A DNA stretch of 64,000 nucleotides. Source: a virus. Its lineage: Duplodnaviria; Caudoviricetes. Both the position numbers and the translations under genes were made by a program. The notes under the pieces were generated by a model. It worked only from the letters and a program-made list of their open reading frames with translations. It did no database searches and was not told where the DNA came from. Location: the IMG/VR virus record IMGVR_UViG_3300047160_014550, positions 2,765 through 66,764 of that record, one strand, 5' to 3'. Below are positions 7,880-18,500 of the stretch, piece by piece. Numbering within the stretch: the stretch's first letter is position 1; the number at the start of each line of letters is the position of its first letter.

Positions 7880-9997
7880 ATGCCGGAAGCCGACGGCACT
7901 CAGGGCATCCTGCCGCCAGGGCCGAAGCCGCTCATCAGCGAGGAGTGGCAGGGCATCAACACGGCGACGACCCGGACGGGTGTCGACGAGAAGATGCTGG
8001 CGTGGTGCGAGGGCTTCTTTCCCCTCGAACCGGGAAATCTCCGCTGCCTGCCGGACCGCACGCCGACGCCGATCTTCACGACGTCGAGCGCCGCGATCGT
8101 CTTCATGGCGACCGGCAACATCAAGGCGACGCCCTACATCTTCGTCTTTTTAGCCGACGGGTCCATTCAGGTCGTCAACATCAACACACCCGGCCCCGCG
8201 CCCGCGCTCGCCGGCCCCGGCACCATCCAGAACCCCTCTCCGCAGACCGTGGGGCTCTCCCAGTGGGGCTCCCAGTACATCTTGATCGTCTCCAAGCAGA
8301 CCAACGGCTACTGGATCTGGGACGGCACGACGCTCTACAGCGCCGGCACGCTCGCGCCCGGCACGGTGCTGACCAACCAGGGCGCCGGCTACACCAGCGC
8401 GCCGACCGTGACGGCCTCGGGCGGCACCGGCTCGGGGGCGACCTTCACGGCGCAGACGACGCCGACCGGCGCCATCTCGGCCGTTTCGGTCAACAACCCC
8501 AACAATCTCTACAACGCCACCGGGCCGACACTCCAGCTCACGGGCGGGTCGGGCAGCGGTGCGCAGCTCCAGGCCAATTCGTCCTGGGTGTGGGGGCCGG
8601 GCGGCGCGCAGTTCACGACCATCCACAGCGTGACCGTGCTCAACGGCGGCACCGGGTATAGTTCCGCAAGCCCGCCCGTGGTCTCGGTCTCGAACCTCAC
8701 ACCCGTCTCGCTGGGGCAGGCCACGACCTTCACGGTGACCATCTCGGCGACCGGCACGATCTCCGGGGTGACTATGACCAACCCCGGCAGCGGCTACTCG
8801 GCGGGCGACGTCGTCACCCTGAACTTCAGCGGCGGGGGCGGGACCGGCGCGGCGGCGACCGTGTCGATCATGCCGTTCGGCGAGTCAGGGACCAGCGTCG
8901 AGACCTACTCGGGCCGGGTGTGGATCACCAACGGTCCCAACGTGAGCTTCACGGCGCCTAACTCGGTGACGGACTTTGCCCAGACCGACGGCGGCGGGAG
9001 CTTCCAGTCGTCCGACTCGTTCCTGCGCGTGGGCTACACGCGTCCCATCCAGGCCAACGGCTTCCTCTATCTCGTCGGCGACAGCTCCATCAATTACATC
9101 TCCAACGTGACGGCGTCGGTGACGCCGCCGTCGGTCAGCGTCAACACGACGTTCACCAACCAGAACGCCGATCCCGAGACGGGCTCGCCGTGGGCGCCGA
9201 CCATCGGCACCTGGGGGCAGAACATCATCTTCGCCAACATCTGGGGCGTCCACATCATCTATGGCTCGCGGGCGCAGAAGGTCTCGGAGGCGCTCGATGG
9301 CGTTTACAACACCGTCGGGTCCAACCCCGTCTTGGGGTTTCCAGGGAACTTCATTCCCTCGTCCGGGAAGCTCAACGTCTTCGGCAAGAAGGTCTGGTGT
9401 CTTTTATTGCCGGTCGTTGATCCCATTTCCAAGGGCACCGTCAACAAGCTTTTCCTCTGGAACGGCAAGATCTGGTTCACCGCGCAGCAGGGGCTGAACC
9501 TCATCTACATCGCATCCTCGGAGATTAACTCGACCTTCCTGCTGTGGGGCACCGACGGGATCAACATCTATCAGCTCTTCACCACGCCCTCGAATTTTGT
9601 TGGCAAGGTTTTGCGGACCAAGTTCTGGTCGGCCTCGGCCGCCTACATGTTGCTCAAGTCCGCCGTGCGGTTCTGGATGCTGATGGTGCCCAATACGTCG
9701 GAGGCGCCGTCTTTCACGCTCACGATCGACAACGAGACGAACTCCGCGAGCTACGTGCTGGGCACGACGGCGCCGCAGGTCATTGTCATCAACGCGGGCG
9801 GGACGACCGTGCAGGTCATCAACACGTTCGGTCAGGGCGTTATCGTGACGGCGGCGCTCGGGCAGACGGCCGTGTCGCAGCCGCTCGCGGTCGCGCAGAC
9901 AGGCACCCTACTCGGGTATACGATCAGCACGACGGCGGCGGACGTGTCCATCATCTCGACGGCCTTGCAGCCGGAAATCGTCGGATACAGGGGATAA
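7880..9997 (+). CDS. Tail nozzle / tubular protein B-like stabilisation protein with GSGY repeats
   Basis: 705 aa beta-rich protein after the adaptors; GGAGG RBS; GAGY/GTGY/GSGY repeats in the middle. Confidence 0.65.
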   Translation: MPEADGTQGILPPGPKPLISEEWQGINTATTRTGVDEKMLAWCEGFFPLEPGNLRCLPDRTPTPIFTTSSAAIVFMATGNIKATPYIFVFLADGSIQVVNINTPGPAPALAGPGTIQNPSPQTVGLSQWGSQYILIVSKQTNGYWIWDGTTLYSAGTLAPGTVLTNQGAGYTSAPTVTASGGTGSGATFTAQTTPTGAISAVSVNNPNNLYNATGPTLQLTGGSGSGAQLQANSSWVWGPGGAQFTTIHSVTVLNGGTGYSSASPPVVSVSNLTPVSLGQATTFTVTISATGTISGVTMTNPGSGYSAGDVVTLNFSGGGGTGAAATVSIMPFGESGTSVETYSGRVWITNGPNVSFTAPNSVTDFAQTDGGGSFQSSDSFLRVGYTRPIQANGFLYLVGDSSINYISNVTASVTPPSVSVNTTFTNQNADPETGSPWAPTIGTWGQNIIFANIWGVHIIYGSRAQKVSEALDGVYNTVGSNPVLGFPGNFIPSSGKLNVFGKKVWCLLLPVVDPISKGTVNKLFLWNGKIWFTAQQGLNLIYIASSEINSTFLLWGTDGINIYQLFTTPSNFVGKVLRTKFWSASAAYMLLKSAVRFWMLMVPNTSEAPSFTLTIDNETNSASYVLGTTAPQVIVINAGGTTVQVINTFGQGVIVTAALGQTAVSQPLAVAQTGTLLGYTISTTAADVSIISTALQPEIVGYRG

Positions 9998-9999
9998 TC

Positions 10000-10737
10000 A
10001 TGCCGCTTCCCTATGTCTTCGCCAGTGCGACGGTCCTCGTTCTCAACCAGCTTGATTCCAACTTCAATGCCTTGGGCATCCTGGCGCCGACACCGTGCCA
10101 GATCGTCGGCTCGAACATCCTGGCGCTCAATCCGCTCGCAAACGCGGCGGCTGTCACGGCCTACTCGACCGGGATGCAGTTCTCAGGGGTGGCGTCGGCC
10201 TCGAACTCGGGCGCGACCACGGCCGGCGTGCCGGGCTTGGCAACGCTTCCCGTCTACCGGGACACGCCCTCGGGGCCGGCGGCCTGCATCGGCGGGGAGA
10301 TCATCAACGGTTGCGCCGTCACGTTCATGTACGACGCCGCGCTCGGCGGCGGGGCCGGCGGCTTCCATCTTTATACCTCGACGACGGCGGTCGCCGGGTC
10401 CGGGTTGTTCTCGTCGGTGTCGGCGACGCTTTCCCAGCTCGGCACGGTGCGGGTGGGCAGCGGCGCCCCGGTTACACGCATTAACAGCGCCTCGGTTTCG
10501 CTCGGCACCATCGTGATCGGCCCCAACAGCTCGACCGACAATGTGATTGCCGTCTCCGGCGTTAACCCGAATGACACTGTGATGGTCGGCGGTCCGGCCT
10601 CGCTTAACACCGGGGTCGGATTGTATGGTTTCGTGTCGGCCTCGGGCTCGATCACCATGCGGGCATTCAACACGACCGGCTCGTCGGTGACGCTTGCGGG
10701 TGCGGTCTACCGGGTCACGGGAGTGGGCAACACGTGA
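10000..10737 (+). CDS. Putative short tail fibre / virion protein
   Basis: MPLPYVFASAT...QLDSNFNAL resembles fibre-anchoring N-termini; true start 10000, not 9544. Confidence 0.55.
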   Translation: MPLPYVFASATVLVLNQLDSNFNALGILAPTPCQIVGSNILALNPLANAAAVTAYSTGMQFSGVASASNSGATTAGVPGLATLPVYRDTPSGPAACIGGEIINGCAVTFMYDAALGGGAGGFHLYTSTTAVAGSGLFSSVSATLSQLGTVRVGSGAPVTRINSASVSLGTIVIGPNSSTDNVIAVSGVNPNDTVMVGGPASLNTGVGLYGFVSASGSITMRAFNTTGSSVTLAGAVYRVTGVGNT

Positions 10738-11072
10738 GCGGCATCGCCGGTCTTTTCAACGTGCCGGAGACCCAGGCAGACTGGTCGACGTGGACTTTTA
10801 TCCATTCGGCGCATCACCGCGACATCGCGGCGGCGATCTTCCAGCAGCTCAGCCTCACCGTGCCCGACGCCATCCTCGATCCGGTCGACATTTCGGACGA
10901 GGGGTGGCTCGAACGGCATCAGGCTATCCATTTTGCCATGGATGTCATCCTGGGGATTGCGAGCTATAATCTCGACGAGGTCGATCTGACCAATAAAGAC
11001 GAGCGTGAGGCGTGGGTATTTTTGAATGCCGTGGAACACCGTCAAGCAGCGGGCATCCTGGGGATTGATTGA
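10734..11072 (+). CDS. Hypothetical virion-module protein
   Basis: GTGA overlap with upstream stop; genome-typical codon usage. Confidence 0.6.
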   Translation: MSGIAGLFNVPETQADWSTWTFIHSAHHRDIAAAIFQQLSLTVPDAILDPVDISDEGWLERHQAIHFAMDVILGIASYNLDEVDLTNKDEREAWVFLNAVEHRQAAGILGID

Positions 11073-11524
11073 TGACAAAACCTCTTCCGCGACCTCCTTT
11101 GCTCGAATCCCACGCCCGCCGATTCGAGATGGCCGACATGACGAGCCACCGCTGGCTCATTCCCCGGCTGATGAAGGTCAATCCGCACCTTACCATGCGC
11201 AACGCCCAGGGCTGGCTCTCCTCGATCATCAATTCGAACGAGTTCCTGTTCCTGCGGCAGGATCATTCGGCGGCCTTGGCGCAGTGTATCCGGTCTTTTA
11301 TCCTCGACCCGATCCCGGTCGTGCAGGAACGCTTCGTCTTCGCCGAAGAGGAGAAATACATCGACGAGGCGTCGGCCTTCTACGACGACTTTGGGCGCTG
11401 GGCGAAGGGCATGGGTTGCAAGAACATCCTCGTCAACGAGAACAGCGATGTTCCCATGATCCTGATACGGGACCGGCTGGGGCTCGTCATCGACGTCACC
11501 CGCTATCTGGCACGGCTGCCGTGA
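11069..11524 (+). CDS. GNAT-fold-like protein preceding the ejection genes
   Basis: Size, position before ejection proteins and V.ERFVFA...F..WAK..GC..I pattern. Confidence 0.5.
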   Translation: MMTKPLPRPPLLESHARRFEMADMTSHRWLIPRLMKVNPHLTMRNAQGWLSSIINSNEFLFLRQDHSAALAQCIRSFILDPIPVVQERFVFAEEEKYIDEASAFYDDFGRWAKGMGCKNILVNENSDVPMILIRDRLGLVIDVTRYLARLP

Positions 11525-12051
11525 AGCCGTTCTGCATCATTGGCACGCCGAGAAGCCGCACCACGTGGCTGTCGAAGTTCCTGACCTACGAAGATGTCGT
11601 CTGCGAGCATGATCCATCGATGCAGTTCAAGGAACTGCGCGACATTCCGGCTTATTTCAAGGCAAACAGGGGCGCGGTGGACTCGGGGCTGACATTTCTC
11701 TGGCGTAACGTCGTCGCTGTGCCTCAGATAAAAGTCCTGGCCATAAAAAGACCCTACGACGAGGTGCGCGCAAGCTTCAAGCGAATCAAGATCGAGGACA
11801 TTCCCGACATGGTATTCACCCGCTACGAGGCGGCGTTCGACGCCATGAAATACGAGGTGCCGATCTTCTCCTACTCGTCTTTATTCGACCCTGTCGTGGT
11901 CAAGAAGGTGTTTAAATGGGCGATTGGGGAGGATTGTCCCGACGCGTGGTACGAACGCTGGACCTCGACCTACGTCCAGCCTGATATTTCGATGCTCGTT
12001 GCAGCCGCGAAGAAGAACCTCGACGGCATACGGCAACTTTACGGAGAGTAG
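11521..12051 (+). CDS. Sulfotransferase-family / P-loop-like protein
   Basis: GTG 11521 overlaps stop; FCIIGTPRSRTTWLS resembles the GxPRSGTT 5'-phosphosulfate-binding loop. Confidence 0.6.
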   Translation: MKPFCIIGTPRSRTTWLSKFLTYEDVVCEHDPSMQFKELRDIPAYFKANRGAVDSGLTFLWRNVVAVPQIKVLAIKRPYDEVRASFKRIKIEDIPDMVFTRYEAAFDAMKYEVPIFSYSSLFDPVVVKKVFKWAIGEDCPDAWYERWTSTYVQPDISMLVAAAKKNLDGIRQLYGE

Positions 12052-12053
12052 TC

Positions 12054-13469
12054 ATGCCCGGTATTTTTGCCGGTCTTTTGGCAGGCGGCGCTGACATTCT
12101 GGGGGCCCTGTTCGGCGGTGCGGAAGCGGCGGGCGCCGCCGCAATCCCGGCCATGGCCGGCGGCGCAGCCCTTGATACCGGTGCGGCCGCGGGCGCGCTC
12201 GATCTTGGCTCGCTCCTGGCGGGCGGCGCGGCGCCGACCGTGGCTGGCGCGGATCTCACCGGCATGACCCTCTCGCCCTTCGCGACCGGCGCACTGACGA
12301 CCGGTGGCGAAGTGCTGCCCACGATCGAGGTGGCGAGCGCGGCGCCGGCATTCGCCGCAGCCGACGCCATCGCTCCCTCGGCGGTCGTGGGCGGCGACTT
12401 CGCGGCGCTCGGGCTACCGGCTGCGGCCGACGTGGCAAGCCCGCTGCCGACGCTCGGAGCCAGCATGGGCGGCGGTGCGGCGCCCGGCGTGACCTCGGCA
12501 CTGGCGTCGCCGACTGCGACAGGAGTCACGGGCGGGTTGTCGGTAGCAGCGCCCGGCGTGGGAGCTGGAGCAATGACCCCGGCGGGCGTTGCCTCGACCG
12601 GTATCGGGGCGCCGTTTGGGGGCGTGCTGGGGGAGAATGCCGCAAACGTGGGTGCGGCGGCGGCCGATCCGTGGCTGACCAACGTGTCCAATCCTGCCTT
12701 GAGCCTTGCCTCGACGACCAGCCCGGTAGCGGCTTCGCCTGGTCAAACCGCGATCAGCGGCGCCCTGGCCGGTGCTCCTCCATCCAACCTGGGCAACGTC
12801 GGCACGGGCATTCTGGCAACGGGAGGCGGAACGGGAGGAGGTATCACGGCTGGCACGGGCCTGGGAGGTGCTACCGACGCGATGGGCGGTGCAGGCGGCA
12901 CCAATCTCCTCGACACCCTCATGGGGGCCGGCAAGAGTCTCATCGGCGGCGCCAACCCGCTCATGCTCGGGCTCGGCGCCGCCGGGCTCGGCTACAACAT
13001 CTACACGGGCCAGAAGGCGCTTCAGTCGCAGCAATCCATGATGGATCTAGCCAACCAGCAGCGTGCTCTGGGAAATCAGATGCAGGGCTATCTTAGTTCC
13101 GGCACGCTGCCGCCCGGCCTGCAGGCGGGCCTCGACAAGGCGTCGGCATCCGCCAAAGCGCAGATCATCCAGGGCTACGCCAACCGGGGCCAGTCGACCG
13201 ACCCGTCGCTGAACAGCGCGCTCGCGGCCGACCTGCAGGGGGTCGACATTCAGAAGAATTACGACATGGTTAACCTCGAAACGCAGCTTTTCAACCTGGG
13301 CCAGCAGGGCATCTCGCTGTCCAACACCGATTTCAACAACCTAATGAATCTGGAGCAGAAACAGTCGGAGAACGTCGGCGCCGCGCTCTCCAACTTCGCC
13401 AGGGCGGCCGGCGGTGGCACGGTTGTACCCAAAACGGCCGGTGGCATGACGGTCTCCTTCACCGGATAA
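12054..13469 (+). CDS. Gly/Ala-rich DNA ejection (pilot) protein
   Basis: Hydrophobic Gly/Ala-rich N-terminal half and Gln-rich helical C-terminus; first of three large internal-protein genes. Confidence 0.6.
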   Translation: MPGIFAGLLAGGADILGALFGGAEAAGAAAIPAMAGGAALDTGAAAGALDLGSLLAGGAAPTVAGADLTGMTLSPFATGALTTGGEVLPTIEVASAAPAFAAADAIAPSAVVGGDFAALGLPAAADVASPLPTLGASMGGGAAPGVTSALASPTATGVTGGLSVAAPGVGAGAMTPAGVASTGIGAPFGGVLGENAANVGAAAADPWLTNVSNPALSLASTTSPVAASPGQTAISGALAGAPPSNLGNVGTGILATGGGTGGGITAGTGLGGATDAMGGAGGTNLLDTLMGAGKSLIGGANPLMLGLGAAGLGYNIYTGQKALQSQQSMMDLANQQRALGNQMQGYLSSGTLPPGLQAGLDKASASAKAQIIQGYANRGQSTDPSLNSALAADLQGVDIQKNYDMVNLETQLFNLGQQGISLSNTDFNNLMNLEQKQSENVGAALSNFARAAGGGTVVPKTAGGMTVSFTG

Positions 13470-13475
13470 AAGACC

Positions 13476-15503
13476 ATGGCCGAAGTCGAGCAGGTCGCCC
13501 CAGAAGAGCAACCGGACTTTTCGTACCTGGGCAATCCTCCGTGGGCCGCCCGGCGGGACGTGCCGCCGCAGCAACGGCAAGAGCCGGCATCGGTCCGCTA
13601 CCGGAGCGATGCCCCCGTCCCGGACCAGCCAAGTGAAAGCTTGTCGCAGACCCAGCCGCCGCCCTATCCGCCCTATCCGACGGTGCAATCGGGACGCCTT
13701 GTGCAGCCGCAGGGAGTGCAGCAACCGGGAGCGCCGATTGCGTGGCCCGTCGTTTCAAATCAGCCTCGACCTGCAGGGCAGGTGCCACCGGGAACGGCCG
13801 GACAGGTGCTGCCAGCCACGACGGCTTACGGCGTGCCGCCGCAGGGCGGTGCGACAGGCGTGCCGTCACCTACCGGGCCACTTGCAAGGTCAGGCTTTGA
13901 TCTTGCCAGGGAAGTCACTCCCAAGGGCGTGCTGGCCTCGCTGCCGCCACCTCCTCCGCTGCCCAATCCGCGCGCCTTGATGATGTCCAACATGACCCTG
14001 GAGGAGTTCGAGGCGGCCCAGAAAGACCTCGCCGGCATGGAGCGTGCCGAATCTGCCCGGCGGCAGCGCGAAGAGCAGAACATGTTTGGCCGCATGGAGG
14101 CCGATCAGGCGCGCATGCGCAAAGAGCTGGAGCAAAGCGGCAGCGACTACAAAAAGATGAAGCCGTGGAACGAAGAGGAGATGTCCAACAAGTACAAATA
14201 CGAGCCGGAAAAAGCCTTCGCGTCACCGATCTCGATGTTTGCCCTGCTCGCGTCCGCCTTCACCCGCGCGCCGGCCGTCAACTCGCTCAATGCGCTTGCG
14301 GCCGGCATGGAAGCCGTCAAGGCCGGCGATCAGGCCGCCTACGATCGCGCGCACGAGGCGTGGAAGCAGAACAACGACCTGATGAAGCAGCGTTTCGAGA
14401 TGGAACGCGAGCATTTTCAGGACGGCATGAGCCTGATGAAGACCGACTTCGAGCTGGGACAAGCCAAGTTGCTGGCGTCGGCACACCGGTTCGAGGATCA
14501 GAAGTCGATATTCCTGCTTGAGCACGGCATGGTGCCCGAGCTGCAGAAAATGTGGGACGATAAAATAACAGCGCAGCAGAAAACGGATGAAGCCGCAATA
14601 AAACTGGATAACATGAAGGCGGAAAACGACGCCTATATTGCTGCTCAGAAAGCCCGCGATACGCTTACAAAAGCCCAGGCATCCGGCAAGCCCGACGAAA
14701 TCGCCAAGGCGCAGCAGGATTACGATAATAAGAGACGGGCTTATTCCGACGCGCACGCGTTGGTTCATGGCGGCATGCCAAGCGAGGAGCAGGAACGACT
14801 TTATGGCATCAAGCATGCCGGAACGGGGCAGCTTCTTACGACCAGCCGCGCTATAGCGAAAGACGTTCAGGATCAAATAGATGCCGAAGATAAAGACCGT
14901 GTTGCGCACGGCAAGCCGGCAATGACTCCGCAGGAACGTTTCGACATGCGGACGAGGCTGACTTCCATTGGGATGACCAAGGCAGGCGCCATGTCTGCGG
15001 CAAGACAGGATGATATTCAAGGCAAGGTCGATCAGATCGATTTGGCCAACAAGGGGCTGGACAGGCTCGACGTATTGCTGGCCAAGCATAATTTCATCAC
15101 GGGTGCTGGCGGCGTGGTTACGCGACCGGGTGAAATTCTGCTGAACGTCATCGGTGCTTCCAGCGAGACGGATCGTAAGGAGTTCGAGCGCGAGGTCGAG
15201 GAAGTTCGTGTTATGATGACGCGGGTCATGACGGGTTCTGCGGCAAGGCCCGTTGCGGGCCTCATGGCGGAAGTGAACAAGATCGTGGCTGGCTTGCAGA
15301 CCGGGGACACGAAATACGGCACGATGGCTCAGTATGCCCACCTGCACGAGCTGCTCGACGACATGCGAGGTCAGTTGGAGGACAGGCTGGGCAAGTATGG
15401 GGTCGAGGCGCCTAATGCTGTTGAAAAAGGCGAGGGCAAAGCCGAATCGCCTTCCCCCGATACGAAGCCGGCGTGGGATTATTCGGGGCCTAAGAGGGAT
15501 TAA
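13476..15503 (+). CDS. Putative internal virion / ejection protein
   Basis: Pro/Gln-rich N-terminus then long helical coiled regions; position. Confidence 0.55.
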   Translation: MAEVEQVAPEEQPDFSYLGNPPWAARRDVPPQQRQEPASVRYRSDAPVPDQPSESLSQTQPPPYPPYPTVQSGRLVQPQGVQQPGAPIAWPVVSNQPRPAGQVPPGTAGQVLPATTAYGVPPQGGATGVPSPTGPLARSGFDLAREVTPKGVLASLPPPPPLPNPRALMMSNMTLEEFEAAQKDLAGMERAESARRQREEQNMFGRMEADQARMRKELEQSGSDYKKMKPWNEEEMSNKYKYEPEKAFASPISMFALLASAFTRAPAVNSLNALAAGMEAVKAGDQAAYDRAHEAWKQNNDLMKQRFEMEREHFQDGMSLMKTDFELGQAKLLASAHRFEDQKSIFLLEHGMVPELQKMWDDKITAQQKTDEAAIKLDNMKAENDAYIAAQKARDTLTKAQASGKPDEIAKAQQDYDNKRRAYSDAHALVHGGMPSEEQERLYGIKHAGTGQLLTTSRAIAKDVQDQIDAEDKDRVAHGKPAMTPQERFDMRTRLTSIGMTKAGAMSAARQDDIQGKVDQIDLANKGLDRLDVLLAKHNFITGAGGVVTRPGEILLNVIGASSETDRKEFEREVEEVRVMMTRVMTGSAARPVAGLMAEVNKIVAGLQTGDTKYGTMAQYAHLHELLDDMRGQLEDRLGKYGVEAPNAVEKGEGKAESPSPDTKPAWDYSGPKRD

Positions 15504-15548
15504 GCTTCCCGCCGAAAGAATCTTGCTGGACATAAAGAGAACACAACA

Positions 15549-18500
15549 ATGGCTGAGCCCGAGCAGCTTCCCTTGACCGGCGACGAGTTCGGCCGGACGC
15601 CGGAGCAGTTGCCGCAGCCTGACCCCATCCTCGATCTGCGCGCCAGTAAGACGCCGGAGGAGGACTTCGCCAAGCTTGCGCCCGGCGGGTCTTTTATCAA
15701 TCCCAAGGGCGAGAAACGCAGCAAGGCTTATCGGCTGCAAAAAGACGAGGATATCTACGACGTTCCTGACGGCGCCTATTTCACGCCGCCCGGAAGCCAG
15801 GAGGTGCGCCAGAAGCCGGTTGCCGAGGGCATTGGGGCCGAGGCGCAGACGATCTACAGCATGGCGGCAACCGAGGACGCCCAGAAACAGGTTCTCAAGA
15901 AGTACTATCCCAACGCCGAGATTCGCACGACACCCAAGGGTCATGAGCTGCTCATCGGCGATAACAAAGTACTGCGGCCCGGTGTAGGCTGGGGCGGGGC
16001 GGTCGGCGAAGGCATCGCCGAATTGGCGCCTGTCACCGGCATGGTCCTGGGTGCCCTGTTAGGTGGCGGCGCCGGGACGCTGGCCGAGCCGGGTGGCGGC
16101 TCGCTCGCGGGCGGCGTCATGGGTGCCATGGGCGGTGCTGCGCTGGGCCGGCAGGTCAACAACCAAATGCTGGCGCTCGCCGGCATCCACCAGTCGATCC
16201 CCGAGCAGCTCACGGCCGACGTGAAGGAAGCTGCCTGGGCGGGTGTAGGCGAGATCGGCGGCCGGGCGGTCGGCGGGGTCTATCAGGCCGGCAAGACGGC
16301 GTTCCGGGCCGGCACGGGGCTCAAGGGCTTTGGCGGCAACGTCGGTCAGAATCTCGCCGCCGGCCTCGAATCGATCGGCATCAACCCGGAGCGCGCCCGC
16401 TATCTGACCGGCGCAACGCCGGAAAGCGCCACCATGGCCAGGGACATCACGCAGAAATCCGGCAAGCCGTCGGGCCTCGTGCCGCCCAGCGTGTCCATGC
16501 CGGAAACGCCCATGTTGGCCAAGATGGAGGCTTTTCACAGCACCTTCATGGGCCGCAATACGTTCGCCGAGGCCGCAGAGGAGTATGCCAATCAGGAAGG
16601 CAGGAAGCTCGCCGAGGACAAGGCCATCGGCATCGAATTAAAGCCGGCCTCGGAAACTAAATACCCGCTGACGCGCGCGACCGAGAAGGTATCGACAGAA
16701 AAAGTCGGCAAGCTGGCTCTCGAAAGAGCCCAGCAGCAAATGAGAGCTGCGGATCACGTTGAAGAAGAGTTGCATCGTCAAAATATCGAAGAGTATCTTG
16801 AAGCCAAGGTGATGCCTCACGGCGGACGAGAGGTGATCAAGGCAAATTATGAAAGGGCGGTGAACATATTAAAGACCGCGCACCAAGCGGTCAAAGATGC
16901 CGCTACCAATTTCGTGCAGGAAGCCATGAAGGACGTCAAACGCGACGTCGATCTGGCATTGAAAGCTCTCAAGCTCGATGAAAACCCAGGCGCGGCGTGG
17001 CGCATGGCGGCCGAAAAGATGAAAGGCTACACGGCTGCCACCAAGCAGCGCGCTCGAAGAATGTACAACGCGTCTCGCAAGGCCGGCGGCAACAGGGCGA
17101 TCGATTCCAGCTCGCTCTACGCTTATGCCGAGGATTTTCTGCGCAAATTGCCACAGGTCGTCAGGGACAAGTATCCCACCGAGCTTGAGGATGTCGCTGC
17201 GTTGGCTACTGCCGGCGCCAAAGGCAAGCCGGTGCATCTGAATTTTGCCCAGCTTCACCTGCTACGTTCGTGGCTCCGGCACGGCATCGACTGGTCCGAC
17301 CTGACGCCTGACATGCGCGAGGGCGCGCTGCGCAATCTGGAAAGCAAGGTCAACGAGCTTCTGCATTCCAACAAGGCGCCGGCACTGGCCAAGGAGCTGC
17401 TGGATTCGGCCGACGCTTGGTACAAGGAGAACATCCCGTTCCTGAACCATTCCATGGTCAAGACCGTCATTCACGGTCTGGAAGAGAATGCACCACCCAA
17501 TATCAACGCCCTGGCCAAGCTGTTCTTCGATCCCGAGCGCACCGAGGCCGTGCGCCGCGTGCGCGAGATCGTCGGCGAACGGACGTGGAAACTCGTGCAG
17601 GATGCCCACGTGCAGGATTTGATGAATCAGAGTAAGGCGCTCCAAGAAGGCATGATCGACGCCAACAAGTTCGCCTCGCACGTGCTGGAACTGGAGCGAA
17701 ACGGTCTGCTGGAATCGGCTTACGATGCCAAGACTGCCAAGCGGTTGCTGGAATCGGCCCGTAATGTCGGCCGGCTGAAAGGCGAGATTCCCCTCAAGGC
17801 AGAAACGGGCGATACGTTGACGTCGTTGATGCGCCGTGCCGAGGCTCTTGCTGCCGAGGTCGAAAAACTGGAAGGTGCCAATCCGCTGGATATTATTGAC
17901 AAAGAATTAAAACAATTTGACATTAATTTTGAAAAAGCCATGTCGGCGCTTAGACAAAAACGCAAAGCTGATCCGTTGGGTTTTCTCTTCAACGATACCA
18001 TGTCGGCCAAGGCCGTTGACGCGGCCAATAAAATTCTCAGATCGCAAGATTTGATCATGGCTGCAAAACGCCGATTTGGGCCTACCTCCAGTGTATTTAA
18101 CGCTCTGCGGGTCGGCTTCGTGCATCGCTGGCTACAACGTCCGTGGGCAAAACTGGGACAGATGCGTGCCGAGCTGGGCGGTGAAAAGGGCATGACCGAG
18201 GAGGTGCAGGCCCTGATGTTTCCGGGCACGACGCTCAAGCAGATGCACACGCTCGTCAACGAGCTTGACTATCTTTTTTCCAGGGGCACGACCGGGGACG
18301 TCGCCGCTTCGCTGGCGGCCGGCAGCCGCGTCATGAATGCGGCCGGACACATCCCTCTGCCACCGCTGGGGACAGTCGGAAAATTCATTATGGCCACACC
18401 GGTCGCCAACACCGTCTCGCGCTTTGTCCTGGGCAAAGCTTATTCGTTGGTCATGGAAGCCGTCAGCCACGGTGATTTCCTTGCGTGGCTTGCGAGCGAG

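Noticed and set aside
14223-15944. 573-aa minus-strand ORF
   Set aside because: It is the antisense shadow of GC-rich ejection genes, with no motifs or RBS
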